A program made the translations under genes and the position numbers. Shown one piece after another: positions 47,995-60,982 of a stretch of DNA of 64,000 nt. The notes under the pieces are model-generated. The model was not told the origin of the DNA. It did not search any database and saw only the letters and a program-made list of their open reading frames with translations. The first letter of the stretch is position 1. Every line of letters starts with the position of its first letter. This stretch comes from Marsupella aquatica (lineage: Eukaryota; Plantae; Marchantiophyta), in assembly GCA_973895155.1 (NCBI GenBank), contig OZ316895.1, positions 9,226,184-9,290,183 of the forward strand. The letters are read 5' to 3'.

Positions 47995-49977
47995 ATGGCG
48001 GAGACTGAGCTGACGACGCGACCAATACTCGCAGACATTCCATCGAATGCAGTGCATAGGCGGCAGTTGAAGACGGCTCTGGCAAAAATGGGCTTGAAGA
48101 AGCTGCTTCAACTTCCTTGGAAGATTTGCGAATTCAGCCTTATCGATCAAGGTGTCTGGGACGCTGAAGAAAGGATTGGTGTGCGCTCGCGTCCCAGTGT
48201 TTGGACTGAAGCGCTCATAGCGAAGGTCTATTCGACGCCGATGGAGGGCGAGGATTTACAGAGGGTTGATTGTGAGCCTCGGGTTTATGTAGAATCCTTC
48301 TTCGCTCCAGGATCTTTCAAGAGGCGGAATGGATGGCTAGCGGCGGACTGCTTAGATAATTCTCTGCAGCGTCTATTTCGATTTCTGGCACCAATTTTCT
48401 ACCCAGAAAGCCAGACGCGCATCATTCTTTCGTTCGCTGCAACGGTGATCTGTTCATTAGAACAGACGCAGTCTATCAATTGGACGAAGGTTTTGCACCG
48501 AGTAATTCATACTCAGGTCAAAAATTTTCGTAGCAGGCTGAAAACGGGGAAAATAAGGTGTACCTACTTGGCCCCTTATTTAGCTCACATTTACCATAAG
48601 TATGACTGTCTGCTTGTCTTGGAAAAAGATTTTTATCGCAACAATCAGAGAGCATCTACCGGTGAAGCAAATTATATGCCTGAAGTACGAGAAGTCCGAG
48701 CCAATTCCACAGTGGTAGAGCTATGTGCAATACTCGACTGTGAGGAACCTGAACTGGTGGGTGAAGTTCGGAAATTGAAAGAGACAAGAGCATCAGCTGA
48801 AGGGAGTGACGATCCGATTCTTCACCAACCAAGAGAGGCTCAAGTTGCCGAAGATGTTCCTTCAGCAATGCCAACAGGGTTGGAGCATTCTATGTCACCT
48901 CGACTCTCGTGTTCACCTTGTGCTGCCGAGCCTATTTATGATGTTGATCAGGATAATTCTGCTTCTCGGATGAATGTTGAAGATGAGGTGAGGGTGGATG
49001 AAGAAGGTTTTTCAGGGGAACCTCTTCAACATTCTACTGCTGAGGACGAGTATGATGGATTTACTTCTACCCCTGTTTTGGTTCCCATAGAGGCAAATAG
49101 TGATGCTTTGCAGGCTTTACAGGAGTATGATTCGTCCGACTCTCTTAGTTCTAGCCCAAATATAGGTGAAATCCCTCTGGTCCAGGAGTCAGAAATATTA
49201 AGCTCAGAAATTGTGAAGCTGGTTAAAGTTGATTCGGAGGATGCAATTGTGGATATAGACGAAGTAGGTGAACCAGTGACTTCTCCCCAATCTGTCGCAA
49301 GATACCCTGCCTGGTCTACACCTGGTTCACTCATATCGATTCCTTTGGATATAACTAAGGAATTAGATGAGGCAATAGCCGCGATAGGAGCTCCTTCATT
49401 TCCGCCTGTAAAATGGGTTTCTCCTGAAGATGAGTTGATTGAAGGAGGCTCTGCTGGTTTTCCGAGTCGCAATCAGGTATCTGGTAATATGGGTATATCT
49501 GTACCCATATTGGTACCCGAGACACCCGCTTCGACAACCAGCTCAGCACCAGTTTCATTGGCTACAAACGAGGATAAAAACATTCGGGAGGAGTTTTCAG
49601 TGACGTATACTCGAAAATCTTGGAAACGGTTGCGCCATGCTATCAGTCGACAGATCTTTCCTGAAGCATCTTCCCAGGATTTTGAACAGGGAGAAGCACC
49701 TGTCGGAACAGACGAGCTACCCCTTCCTGTACTTTTGACAGATCGAACTAACCAGGAAGTCTCTTTACCTAGCGATAATTTTAAAGAAGAACCGATATCT
49801 GCTCAGATATCAATCGATGGACGAATCATTAATCTTTGGGGAAGAGTTAAAGGAGTCCCAATACAGATCGGAGAAGAATTCCATGACCTCGATTTTTATA
49901 TTCTGGATTCGGATATCTCCCAACTCCCGTCAATGATTTTGAGCACTACTTGGATTATTAAGCCAGAATATTATTAA
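47995..49977 (+). CDS. ORF3 (660 aa): unnamed TE-associated domain, acidic linker, protease-like C-terminal segment
   Basis: Intact sense ORF between pol and the 3' LTR. Its N-terminus aligns with 4701-5299 and 63451-63900. No evident transmembrane helix. Confidence 0.8.
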   Translation: MAETELTTRPILADIPSNAVHRRQLKTALAKMGLKKLLQLPWKICEFSLIDQGVWDAEERIGVRSRPSVWTEALIAKVYSTPMEGEDLQRVDCEPRVYVESFFAPGSFKRRNGWLAADCLDNSLQRLFRFLAPIFYPESQTRIILSFAATVICSLEQTQSINWTKVLHRVIHTQVKNFRSRLKTGKIRCTYLAPYLAHIYHKYDCLLVLEKDFYRNNQRASTGEANYMPEVREVRANSTVVELCAILDCEEPELVGEVRKLKETRASAEGSDDPILHQPREAQVAEDVPSAMPTGLEHSMSPRLSCSPCAAEPIYDVDQDNSASRMNVEDEVRVDEEGFSGEPLQHSTAEDEYDGFTSTPVLVPIEANSDALQALQEYDSSDSLSSSPNIGEIPLVQESEILSSEIVKLVKVDSEDAIVDIDEVGEPVTSPQSVARYPAWSTPGSLISIPLDITKELDEAIAAIGAPSFPPVKWVSPEDELIEGGSAGFPSRNQVSGNMGISVPILVPETPASTTSSAPVSLATNEDKNIREEFSVTYTRKSWKRLRHAISRQIFPEASSQDFEQGEAPVGTDELPLPVLLTDRTNQEVSLPSDNFKEEPISAQISIDGRIINLWGRVKGVPIQIGEEFHDLDFYILDSDISQLPSMILSTTWIIKPEYY

Positions 49978-50035
49978 TGAAGAACATGTCACTCGCTTCT
50001 GATTCAATTCGGTCATGTCTTGTGGGGACACGGCG

Positions 50036-50054
50036 AAATTTAAGTGGAGGGCTA
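50036..50054 (+). promoter_or_regulatory. Polypurine tract
   Basis: AATTTAAGTGGAGGGCTA directly before the 3' LTR. Confidence 0.75.
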
Positions 50055-51441
50055 TGTGGTATGGGTGTCCCTGCAATTTTTTCTGGAAACTTGTTTATTT
50101 TTAGCATATCACAAGATTTACTTACACTTTAGACACCTTCCGGCCAACATTTACTTGTTCTGGACACTTATAGAAATATTTGACATCTCCGGCTTTCCTG
50201 ACGATTCCTAGTGTACTTTGCCCGACGCTGTGACCAGCGCCCGTTTCTTTTACTCAAGACGCTGCGGAAGCGTCCAACCTCCTCATGACGCTTTTGGCAG
50301 TGCCCGACCGCCACCAAGACTCTATGAGGATTTCGACCGACGCTGTGGAAAGCGTCAGCTTCAACACACGACGCTGTGAGCAGCGTCCACCCTAGTATTG
50401 ACGCTGTGAGCAGTGTGAGCAGCGTCCGTTGGTTTTACTTAAGACGCTTCTAGCAGCGTCCAGATTCTCCCGACGCTTCTAGCAGCGTCCGCTCAACACT
50501 TAGTTTTTGAAGTAGATTACTAGTAAAGTAGTATTCTACCACCCTTGTTGAAGTACTTATGCTGTGCTTCTCCCTTGTTTAGTTTTAAGCTTGGAAAGGC
50601 ACGACTGTTCTTACCTCCTCCATTTTAGGATTCCAGCACTTATAAGACAGAGTAGAATGCTCATTTGAAGTAGAGAGAAATAGAGTTAATACTGTATTCA
50701 GAATTGAGTCTTCTGAATAGTTTTCTCCTCCTTCCATTGTAACAAGGCATGCTGTGAGTGTTTTGTATGGAAGTAAAGCTATATTGATTGAAGTTAAGAT
50801 TGAATTCAAGAGATTCCTGTGGTGATTGAATTCAGTTGCAGATTTCTGAAACTCGTATTGAATTCACTGCTAGGCTTGCTTGCAGAGTCGGGATTCGCTA
50901 GCCAATTCAAGAATAGTTAATGATAAATGAGAAGTAAATTCTGATTCTCAGAGTAGTTAGTACTGTTGCTTTGATTCTGGAATATGGTTTAGAGTTTGAC
51001 TGAATTGCGTATCGCTGATGTCAAACCATGTTGACGGCATTTTAAATCATATCATTCATTTGCAATCAGAAAGCTTCTGCTTCATCAGATTGAGAATTCC
51101 ATTATCATTAACCTTTGTGTTTTGAAGAGTGAGATGGATGAATTATGAGATAGATTTCATGTCTATACTGAGCCCAAATCCTTTCTGAAGGAGTGGCAGT
51201 AGCTTGTAGTCTCTAAATCCTTACTCATTTCTTCTCTAATTCATAAATCAGAAGTTCAGTTACTTTGTTGTTTGTTTATTCGATTTTTTTATTGAGAAGT
51301 GAAGTCAACATAGAGCTCAAGACTCTAAATCACTCGGAGTGATAAAAGTTATACAATTCATTCTGAAATCTGTTCTTAAAGGGATCGAAACCCTGGTTTT
51401 AGGTGAGGAGAGTCACTTTTGATACTTAGCACTATACGACA
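50055..51441 (+). repeat. 3' LTR
   Basis: Same length as the 5' LTR; no differences noticed by eye. Confidence 0.97.
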
Positions 51442-54400
51442 CGCCCGCTTGTCAAATCCTGTCGAACAGCAGCCAAGCCGCGTTCAGCCTCCCAAGGGAG
51501 CTTGCGTTGGGGAGGCAAGGCCAAGTAGGTATGGAGATTGAGTCCCAAGGGCGCTCGGTCTCTAGACCATCAGTGGGGCAAACCGGGAGCGGTTGTTAGA
51601 GTCGGGGCCGTTCTGGTCCCGACGTGTTGAGACAAGCTTGGGACAAGCTTTAGGACAAGCTACGCTATTTGGGCCATGAGTATGTCCTGAGGTCAAGGCG
51701 GTCAGTTGGTGATAGATAGGTACGAGGGGGAACCGGGGCCGTGCCCAAAGAAGGAGCTATTCTGGACGAACAATGGGCGTGGGTTCTGGTTCCGGCTTAT
51801 GGCATCGGGAGGACCTATCGCTGACCTATTTACCAACGTCTGTTGAGCTTGAGTTGGGATGCTAGACTGGGCGAGTTCTAGATCCGGAGGGGTTACTTAC
51901 CGAGGTGCTTGGTTGTTTGTGCAGACAGTGAGGACCGTTGAGTAGCGGTCGTGTAGGTGAGCAAGTGCGGTTTCATATGGGAGTGGCCGTAGGTGGTGCT
52001 AGAGGCACTTGGATGCTTGCTCGAGGTATTTCGTGGAGGCGTTCGGGCACCAAGGGCACTTAGGCGCAAGTGCTGGGATTGGTGAGGGCGCTGGGTGGCG
52101 AGGTCCACCACTGATACCTTTACTTTAATTGGCAAATACTAGAGTGCTAAAGAGTGAATTCAAAGAGAGAGTTCAATTACAAAGTTAGGAAGGATGTTGT
52201 CCATATCCCTTCTTGTTTAAAGATCTTTCTCCTTTTCAAAAAGCTAATAAATCTCAACATATATCTATATAGAGTAGTGAAAGGTTTTGGAGAAGAATTT
52301 CAATAGGAATTCAATGTGTTTCAAAGACTTAGTAAAATAGTTATTAAGAGATTGATTAAATTAGAAAAAATGAATTCATACAAGTTAATTGAAATCTGTG
52401 AAAACATTTAATGAATGTTGACAATATTTTTGAAATATAATCAATGGTTCTTTTTAAGACATATGCGAGTAGGTCTAATTATCTTTTGTTATTCTTATTG
52501 TATACAAAGTAGTCATAATATGTAAGATCCTTGTATATTGGGTTGCGAAACATATTCATAAATGTGTTGGCAGATTATAAGCTATCTTTACATTTTTATT
52601 ATTTGTCAGAATGTGTGAAAACATTCAATCAATGTTGACTATATTTTTGAAATATAATCAAATTTTGATGTGAAAACAAAAGTTGTTCACTACTTTGATA
52701 TGTTCAGCAATTGGGCTTCACCATCAACATTGGGACAACAACATTATTTCAATGATCACTATATAATGTTATTTTGGTGCTGGACAACAATCTTTTTGCA
52801 AGTCATACTTATTAATAATGTCTATTGTTACGGTAAATTCTTTGCAATACAAGTTGCATTAAAGTGTGGTACCTCTTACTTAGTAAGTCATTTGACACAT
52901 GTCAAAGCTGACTAGAGATGTTTTGGTTATTAAAGTATCTTTTGTAATTAAAGAACACTTTCACAATCACTGATAGTTATAGTATCTAAGAATGGAAATT
53001 GATAGTAATAAATAGTGTTACTAATAGGACTAATCAACCTTTACGATGGGTTGCATAAAGCTCGTTATTAAATTTGTTATAGATCCCATTAGAGGTCCCT
53101 TCCAAAACTCGAGGCTCCACAACATTGTGCCACATCATCAAGATGCATTGCAAACAAGAACAAATTTGTTTCCAAATAAAAATAAATATTCATTTTGTGT
53201 TTGTGGCAAGTTCTTGGTAAAAATGAGAGCGCCATGCCGTAAAACATAAAGTAATTTTATGTGACATAATTGTTTTGATTATCATTTTAGTTACATGTAT
53301 CAAAATCCTGAACAAATAGGGTTCCTGAAAAATTCCTGAACGTGAATGGATTGAATGCAAGATTGGCATCAAGGTGGCAAGCTTTTGGAAAAAAGATTGG
53401 AAGATGGCTTGCACTATTACTAATCATGTACAAGATTTGAACATGACATGGGTGTGAAGTTTAGGTAGACGAGTTTATAAATGAAGATTCTAGACAATCG
53501 TACCAACAAATTGTGAGAACCAATTTCCCAAGATACAATGAAATTGCCAGTGAAAGTGGTGCTCGAGATGTTCAATAAAAATGTTTTGAGGAGTTTCTAT
53601 GGCTGAATATCAAAGGAATGATCGAAACACAAAAGATTTGAAATAGAGCATTCCTTGGAAGGATATTGTTTGTGAGTTTTGGGAAGGAGCTCCGTAGTTG
53701 GAACTACATCAAACCTAGACAATCCAAAGCTGACCCTTGCACAGATACTTGAACGTCAATATTCTCCTTTCGGCATATGGTATCCTTCTGCTTCATGTCA
53801 TTATACATCCTCTCCTGTAATAATCTTCTCATGTCAAGTAGTTAGGATCTCCTCGAGGATTCCAAAGGTCTGGCAAGCAAGGATTTAATAAGGCAAGTAA
53901 GCTGCTAGCCTTGATTTAATGCTCAGGGATGATGAGTCTGTTTTGTAAAATGAGTTGTAAATGAGATTGAAATTGTTAACCACTTAGTGTTCGATGTTCT
54001 TGACCCATATATTCTTTCCATTTCATCAGCAATTTTTGAGTGGTCAATGATTGAGTGTCATTGTTGTCTTCTGAATATCCCTATGTGTGAATAGATATGG
54101 TAGGTGTTCAAGTTGTGGCTCTAATGTTCACTATCAAACTATCCACGACAAAAGCAATCTAACATTTGTTCAAATTTTGATGTCCATGGGGGTTGGGATG
54201 AACTGTGAGACAATAGCAACGTTTGTGATCATCCTGGTATTGAACTCATCTCGTTCAACAAAAAAATGTCATGCACTGTAATCAAAATAAAATCATGAAA
54301 GCCTTAACACATGTTCCAATAGGAGGATTGTGTTGTACGTAAGTTCTCTAACATTCCACATGAGTGGTGCCCACACCAGCTCTTGCCAAGTGCAAGAACA

Positions 54401-56637
54401 TAGATGCTTCAAAGAGAAGGATTGCTTCGGGCCAAAGAATCTCAATAGATGATCTATTAAAACTACAGTTACAAAACAGATAGGGTCCAAAAGCTAATTT
54501 GATTAGTCTTCCCTGTTTTTCCGTTTACAGTTGAAGAAATACCCTACACCAAAAAAGTTTAAAATATATTAAAAAAATCTGTCATATCAGATGAAAATCA
54601 GCAATAGCTAAACAATTCAAAAAGTGCAATCAATGTTCTATAAATTGTATTGTATTTTTTGTTTCTTTCAATTTGTTCTTTTGATTATGTGGACCCCAAA
54701 AAAGGAGGAATCGCTTTCCTAAAGTACGGTGTTAGGTGTCACTATTGTTTAATTAAAATTGCATGTTTTCCTTCAATGTCGTGTTTGAGGGCAAAATCTC
54801 CTTTAGTTAGGATAATAGTGGAGTACGTTCTTGGAAACTGTGACAAAAATGAATTGTAGTTTGTGTAGGCACAGGAAATTCCTAGATTCATAGTCTTTCA
54901 ACTTTTGGTCTAATGAGAGTTTCAAAATTTCATTAATCCGTGGACCCGGGTATGGCATGCGTGACAGTAAACAGGAAATAGGTTTACTGGTACCAGCAAA
55001 AAATTTCCTGTTACCAGCAAAAAGTTACTGTTACCAGAAAAAATAACCACGTCAAAATATTTTCTCAAAAGTCACATTTTCCAAAAAAAATTAATTACAA
55101 CATTTTTTGGCTAGCTTTGGGCGCTAGCATTACCAACGCTGGGCGCTAGCAAAAAACAAAATTCAATTGTGTTTTCCATAAACAAAGCATCATTGCAAAG
55201 AACTTGAGATTGTAGGTCAAGTGTGGATGGAGTAACCAAACTATAATCAACAAGTAAACCATGTCTCATGAGATAGAGATTGCCCATTTGAGGACAACAT
55301 ATTTGACGAAGAGAACTAGTGGAAACTTTTGTTTCAATGAGGCAATATTGAGCCAAAAACTCAATATTTTCTTATAGTTCCTGAGTAGCTTCATAAATTG
55401 ATAACAACTTTTTGCTGATCTTGGGAGCATGTAAAACATTAATGACTATGGTGATACTGCCAAAGGAAAGTTGCAAAGACATATTGTCATGACCAATTGC
55501 AATCTGCTATGCATTATTAGTCATACAAATCACTAATGAAGAGGTGGTATTGTGTTGTAAATGAGGAACCATCCCTAACAAGGATTCTTATGACAATGGT
55601 CAATAATCTATATACCATTTGGTATTGAGATCATAAACAGGTGAAATGCTAGAAAGCATTGTAAGTGCAAATAGATTCATTGTTCTAGAACTTGTTGAAG
55701 ACATCTAGACATGATTGGAATTATGACTAGTGTAAGCAAATTATGGAGGTGATTTGGAAAATCTAAAAATACCTTGGACTGTAGCTATCCTTAGCTTGAG
55801 TGCAACAATTGGGGGCTTGATATGATCATTTTTCAAACAACAGTGACAACTAAAGTCTGTAGACTTTGCATTTGGAAAATCAACTTTGCACTCGAGTTTC
55901 TATTTGGAGGTTTTGCTAGCGGTATTAAATAAAACATCAGGCCTAACATCATTTATACCCTTAAGATTATTTTCAATTGGGAGCGCATCAAATTTCCTTG
56001 CAGAATTTCACCCAAAAGAACAAGAAAAGTCAAATTGGGGTACTAAGAAAGATTTCCAAGATTTAGGTAATTAATGTCCCTAGCAAAAGAATCATTTAAT
56101 TGAGGTTTGGGAATGACAAGGCTAGAGACCGTAGCCATCGCCAAAGACTATTGCCTGAGCATCTACCATCCCTTGAGATTCTTTCAAAAACTCAATGATA
56201 GAACTACCCTCTGATAAGGATAGTTGTATAAAACCTTGATAGAAATAACAAATAAAACTAAGGTAATTCCCCAGGAGGGTCGTTAGGCAAACATGTGCCT
56301 CGTCCTGCACCCACCGGGCAGTGGCCGGCCTCCTCTTTTCTTTTGGGTTGGCCAATATCTAAAACTTCAAAAGAACCAACCCTTCACTTCTATTTTACGC
56401 AAACCTTCTCTGAAAAGTTGTAAAGGAACAAAACAACAAAAATTCATGCCAAAAATCTCCTTATTTACATTTGTGTGTCACAAGTACACCTTAAGATCAT
56501 TTTTTGAGATCTCCCAATACCATCATTGGCACACACTAGCATTTATCAAACATTCCATGGCAACTCAAGGATTGCTAACTTTTCCTTCTCTTTACTCACT
56601 CATTTGAAAACAAGGGAACAATCAATAATTTCCTTTA

Positions 56638-56741
56638 TGTGATGGAGAAATGATAATCATCGTATATAGAATGTGAAATATCATGATACATATAGATGTG
56701 CCAAGTGACCGGTTGGTCCAGTCAATAGGTGGAGTCTAACA
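56638..56741 (-). repeat. Copia 3' LTR (104 bp)
   Basis: TGTGATGGAGAAATG...GGAGTCTAACA; matches 63061-63179. Confidence 0.92.
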
Positions 56742-57057
56742 TTCCCCCTTGTCTATATAGTGACAACTATGTAGACAACATAGACTAGGCCTATCATACC
56801 ATGCTAATACAGTATGCATGATATGAGTACAAGCAAGGTAGACTGCCTCGTTAAAAAACCTTTATCAACTCTAGCTAAATAAAAACTCTACCGGTGTAGT
56901 AGAGAAAAAGTCCGAGTGCTAATTAAAGGAAAAAGAGTGCAGCCTAACAGTCCTTGTCGTAATAAATGTCAATACTAAATAAAATCAGATGCTATAGTAA
57001 ATCTAGCTTCAACATCTCTCTCAATAGTAAGTCGTCAGTATCATGTCAGCAGTAGTA

Positions 57058-60000
57058 TCAATCGCCATGTGGAGCAGCAGCCTCCATGGTCATCATGCAT
57101 CGCACGCTCCGCAGTCCAATCGCCTGGCAGTGTCGGTGATGAACGGCCAACGATAGTGATTTGGTGAAGAGATCCGCACAGTTGTGTGCACTTGAAATCT
57201 GTAAAATGTTGATCTCTGTTCCACGTAACTCGTGGGTGTAGAAGAACTTTGGAGCTATGTGCTTCACGCGATCGCCTTTGATGAATCCTTTTGTGATCTG
57301 CTATATACATGTTGCGTTATCCTCAAAGATATTAGTAGGCTTCGTCAGTGTTGGTAGGCCGCATTTAGTATTGATGTGATTTATAAAATATCGTAACCAA
57401 ATGGCTTCGCGACTAGCTTCATGTAGAGCTAAAATCTCTGAGTGATTCGATGAGGTTGCTATTAAGGTCTATTTCACGCTTTTCCAAGAAAAAGTGGTAC
57501 CCCCTATAGTAAAAACATATCCGGTTTGGGATTTTGCGGTGTCAGTGTCGGAAAGGTATCCGGCGTCCGCATATTTTGTGAGTTCGTGGTTTGCACCACA
57601 TGGGTAAAATAACCCCGTATCAGTGGTGCCATGCAGGTACCTAAATACGTGTTTAACTCCATTCTAGTGTTTGGCTGTGGGAGTTGCACTGTGCCTAGCT
57701 AGTAAGTTAACTGCAAATGCAATATCCAATTGGGTCTGGTTTGCTAAGTACATTAATGCTCCTATCGCAGAAATATACGGAGTTTCCGGTCCTAATAGTG
57801 GTTTGTGTTCTTCGCGCTTGCAAAAAACATCAGTATTATTTTCTAATGAACGTACCACCATTGGAGACGTTAATGGGTGTGCTAAGTTCATATTGAATTG
57901 TTTTAGGATCTTTTCAGTTTGTGTTGTCTGATGGAGCATCATGCCAGTAGATAAGATCTCCAGTTGTAAGCCTAAGCAAAATTTTGTACGGCCAAGGTCT
58001 TTCATCTCAAATGTTGTTTTGAGACAGGTAATAGTATCTTTTGTAATTTGGGGTGTCCCAAATATGTTTAAGTCATCAACATAAATAGAAACGATGACAT
58101 ATTCGTCATCCACATGTTTAATAAATAAATATGGAGTAATTCCATTATGGGAAAAACCCATGGAAATCATCTCATCGGTGAATCTTTGATGCCATACTCT
58201 ACCACTTTGTTTCAGGCCATATAATACCTTCAACACGCGGATAACTAGTCCGCGGCGAGTATGCCATATGATTGATACAGGGGTGTCATTGTGATGAGTT
58301 ACATGTATAGATGACACATGAGGTGTAACTTGAGGTGATTGGTGAATAATCTTATGTAAATATGGAATATGCGATATAGCGCCTTGAGCTAGAGCTCGAT
58401 GACGTTCCTCCAACTCAGGAGGTGATCGCATGTATAGACAAGTGTCTAAAGTTCCATATAGATATGCAGTCGCAACGTCCAGTTGTTGCATCTTAAGTTT
58501 GTGGAAAATGGCAAATCTTAAGTTTGTGGAATGTTGTGCTATCCATAACTGGTGAGTAAATTTCATCGTAATGAATTCCTGGTTGTTGGGTAAATCCTTT
58601 CCCTACCAGACGTGCTTTGTAGCGTACAACCAGGCCTTTATCATTTCTTTTGCGAACGAAGGTCCACTTGTAGCCAATGAGGTGTACGTCTCTCGGTGTT
58701 GGCTCAACTGGGCCAAAAGTGTGTCTGCTTCGTAGGAAATCTAATTCTCTGTTGATAGCTTTTTGCCATTCAGGCCAATCTGGTCTATTTTGGCATTCTA
58801 AGATGGAGATTGGTTCAGGAATATCGTCATTGATATGATTTGCCACCATTAATGCAAAAGCATCATCTATTGAAGTAGTATTTCTATCCCACATCACACC
58901 AGTGTGTGCGTAGTGGATAGAGATCTCTTCATGAGTTGTAGAGTCAGTATGATCTACGTCAGGTGGAGGAGGGATAGATGAACCACGCCTTCTTGGTTGT
59001 TTATCTTTTGATCCCAATGGTCTACCACGTTTGGAACGAGGCTGGGATGTACTTGCTGGCTCACTTGAAATTCAATGCGAGCGGATGCTCTCGCAGCTGG
59101 AATGTGTGAACATGTAACTTGTGATGTATCAACAAAAGCATCGAGAAGTTCCTCCACAATCTTATGGAGTTGCAAAATTCGCTGAACTTCTTTCTCCCCC
59201 TGATTTGTTCTAAGGTCTTGCCAAAATGGTGAATGTCTCTCCCACTCCAAAGGTGGTAGTGGGTGTTCAGGGGTTATGAGTGATGGATAAATATGCTCAT
59301 CAAAATGGCAATCTAAAAATCTGGCTTTAAAAATGTCGCTTGTTGTAGGCTCCATATATCGGATTATGGATGGTGAGTCGAATCCGATGTATATCCCCAA
59401 CTGTCGTTGGGGTCCCATCTTGGTTTGTTTGGGTGGAGTAATGGGAACCATTACTTGACATCCAAATGAACGAAAGTGGGATAGATCGGGTTTGATACCG
59501 TTAGCAATTTGGTATGGACTATAAGTATTAAAAGCCGATGGGCGATATTGAATTAATGCGTTAGCCTGTAATATGGCATGTTCCCAGGCTGAGACGGGGA
59601 GTTTCGATTGCATTAGTAGTGGGCGTGCAATTAGCTGAATGCATTTAATGACAACTTCAACTAATCCATTCTGGAAATGCACGTGGGGTACGGGATATTG
59701 TACATCAATACCTAGTGATGTACAAAAGTCGTCAAAGGTTTCGGATGTGAATTCCCTTGCATTGTCCACCCTTAGTGTCTTAATGGGGTGATCGGGAAAT
59801 TATGCCTTCACGCGCAAGATTTGCGCCAAGATGCGAAGTATAATCATGTTTCGCATCGAAAGCAGGGTCACATTTGACCATTTGGTTGATGCATCGATCA
59901 GTACCACAAAGTAGCGGAATGGTCCGCTCGGTGGGTTAATTGGCCCACAAACATCTGCATGTATGATGTCCAAGAATTTTGGTATCTTGGTTGGTCATTT

Positions 60001-60669
60001 TGATGTCGTGGGCCTTGTTATTAGTTTGCCGCGTGAGCATGCAGTGCATGGAGTGCTAGCTGGAATGTGGCGTATGTTGGTTGGAATGCCTCATGAATTC
60101 TTAATATTTTTACTTAGCATGGATTGACCGGGGTGGCCAAGGCGTGCATGCCAAAGCGCGGGCAATTTGCTTGGTTGTGCATTGTTATGCAAATATTCAA
60201 TTTGAGTTACGTAAAACCTGCATGGGTACGAGAAAAGAGTCTCTTTAATAATTTTCCCCATAGGGGTATTTTCAACCAAATGGATTACTTTTTGGTCTTT
60301 TGTATCGCCTGTCTGGATATGGAGTCCATTTTCTCGTATATCCCTAAAACTTAGGAGATTACGGGTTGTATTCGGGGCGAAGATAGCTGATTCTATCTGG
60401 ATTTTTGTACCCTACGGAAGTCTAATAGAAGCTGGGTCGAAGCCCTCTTCTATCTGGCTAGGACCATTGATAGTGGTCAGTGATCTACTTGAAGGTGTGA
60501 TCTTGTGGAAAAGAGTTCTATCCCGAAGGATAGTATGAATAGTCGCGCTATCAATAATGCATGTGCTGGAGGTATTTAGGTCTGGGGTCGTGGAGCTACT
60601 CGCCACTAAATGTGCCCCGGGTTGCACATGTGTGTCTGAAAAATCTTGAAATAAGTCTCTAGATTCCAT
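57058..60669 (-). pseudogene. pol: Copia pol (protease, integrase, RT, RNase H), with frameshifts and stops
   Basis: CIIDSAT; LWHARLGHP; DNAREF..QNGLVE; RYKARLVGKGFTQ; QLDVATAYLYG; LYGLKQSGR; IYVDDL; KHI..ADLFTKSL. Confidence 0.92.
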
Positions 60670-60982
60670 AAATGTCCATGGGTATCACGGGGTGGTGCCC
60701 TAGAGATTTGGCCATCCTTTAGAGACTGTTGGTATAGGTCTCTAAGATACTGTGGAATCCTACAACTGCGGGCCAAATGGTTGGTCATGCCACATTCGTG
60801 GCATCTTGGTCGTTCTTGCTGTGGTTGAGATTGAGGCCGATTGCTTTGGCGGTCGTTCTACTATCTCCTTCCACCGCATCCGCGTCCTCGGTCGTGTGTG
60901 AAGTTGTTGTGGGAACTCTATTGTTGTGGCGCCCATTTGGGCGACCTCTGAAGGCCCGTCTAAGTGCGCTGCTCTGCGGGTG

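Larger units (their letters stand above)
38979..51441 (+). mobile_element. Intact Ty3/Gypsy (non-chromovirus, Athila/Phygy-like) LTR retrotransposon with an extra 3' ORF, 12,463 bp
   Basis: Two 1387-bp TG..CA LTRs, TSD CGCCC (38974-38978 and 51442-51446), PBS, PPT, and uninterrupted gag-PR, RT-RH-IN and ORF3. Confidence 0.97.
38190..52120. mobile_element. GC-rich, probably LTR-retroelement-derived segment (38190-38978 and 51442-52120) split by the intact Gypsy
   Basis: Sharp GC shift on both sides of the CGCCC TSD; CGTTGGAAAGCTCTTG motif (~38899) of a kind common in plant LTR elements; PBS-like CTGATACC at ~52111. No coding domains recognised. Confidence 0.35.

Noticed and set aside
47995-49977. 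ORF3 as an envelope gene
   Set aside because: No signal peptide or clear transmembrane helix, and its N-terminal domain also occurs in a CACTA context.
52140-56050. AT-rich segment with short repeats (TACCAGCAAAAA at ~54990-55045, GGGCGCTAGC at ~55118-55150), possibly decayed DNA-transposon remnants
   Set aside because: No TIR pair, TSD or protein motif could be established by eye; needs BLASTx/RepeatMasker.
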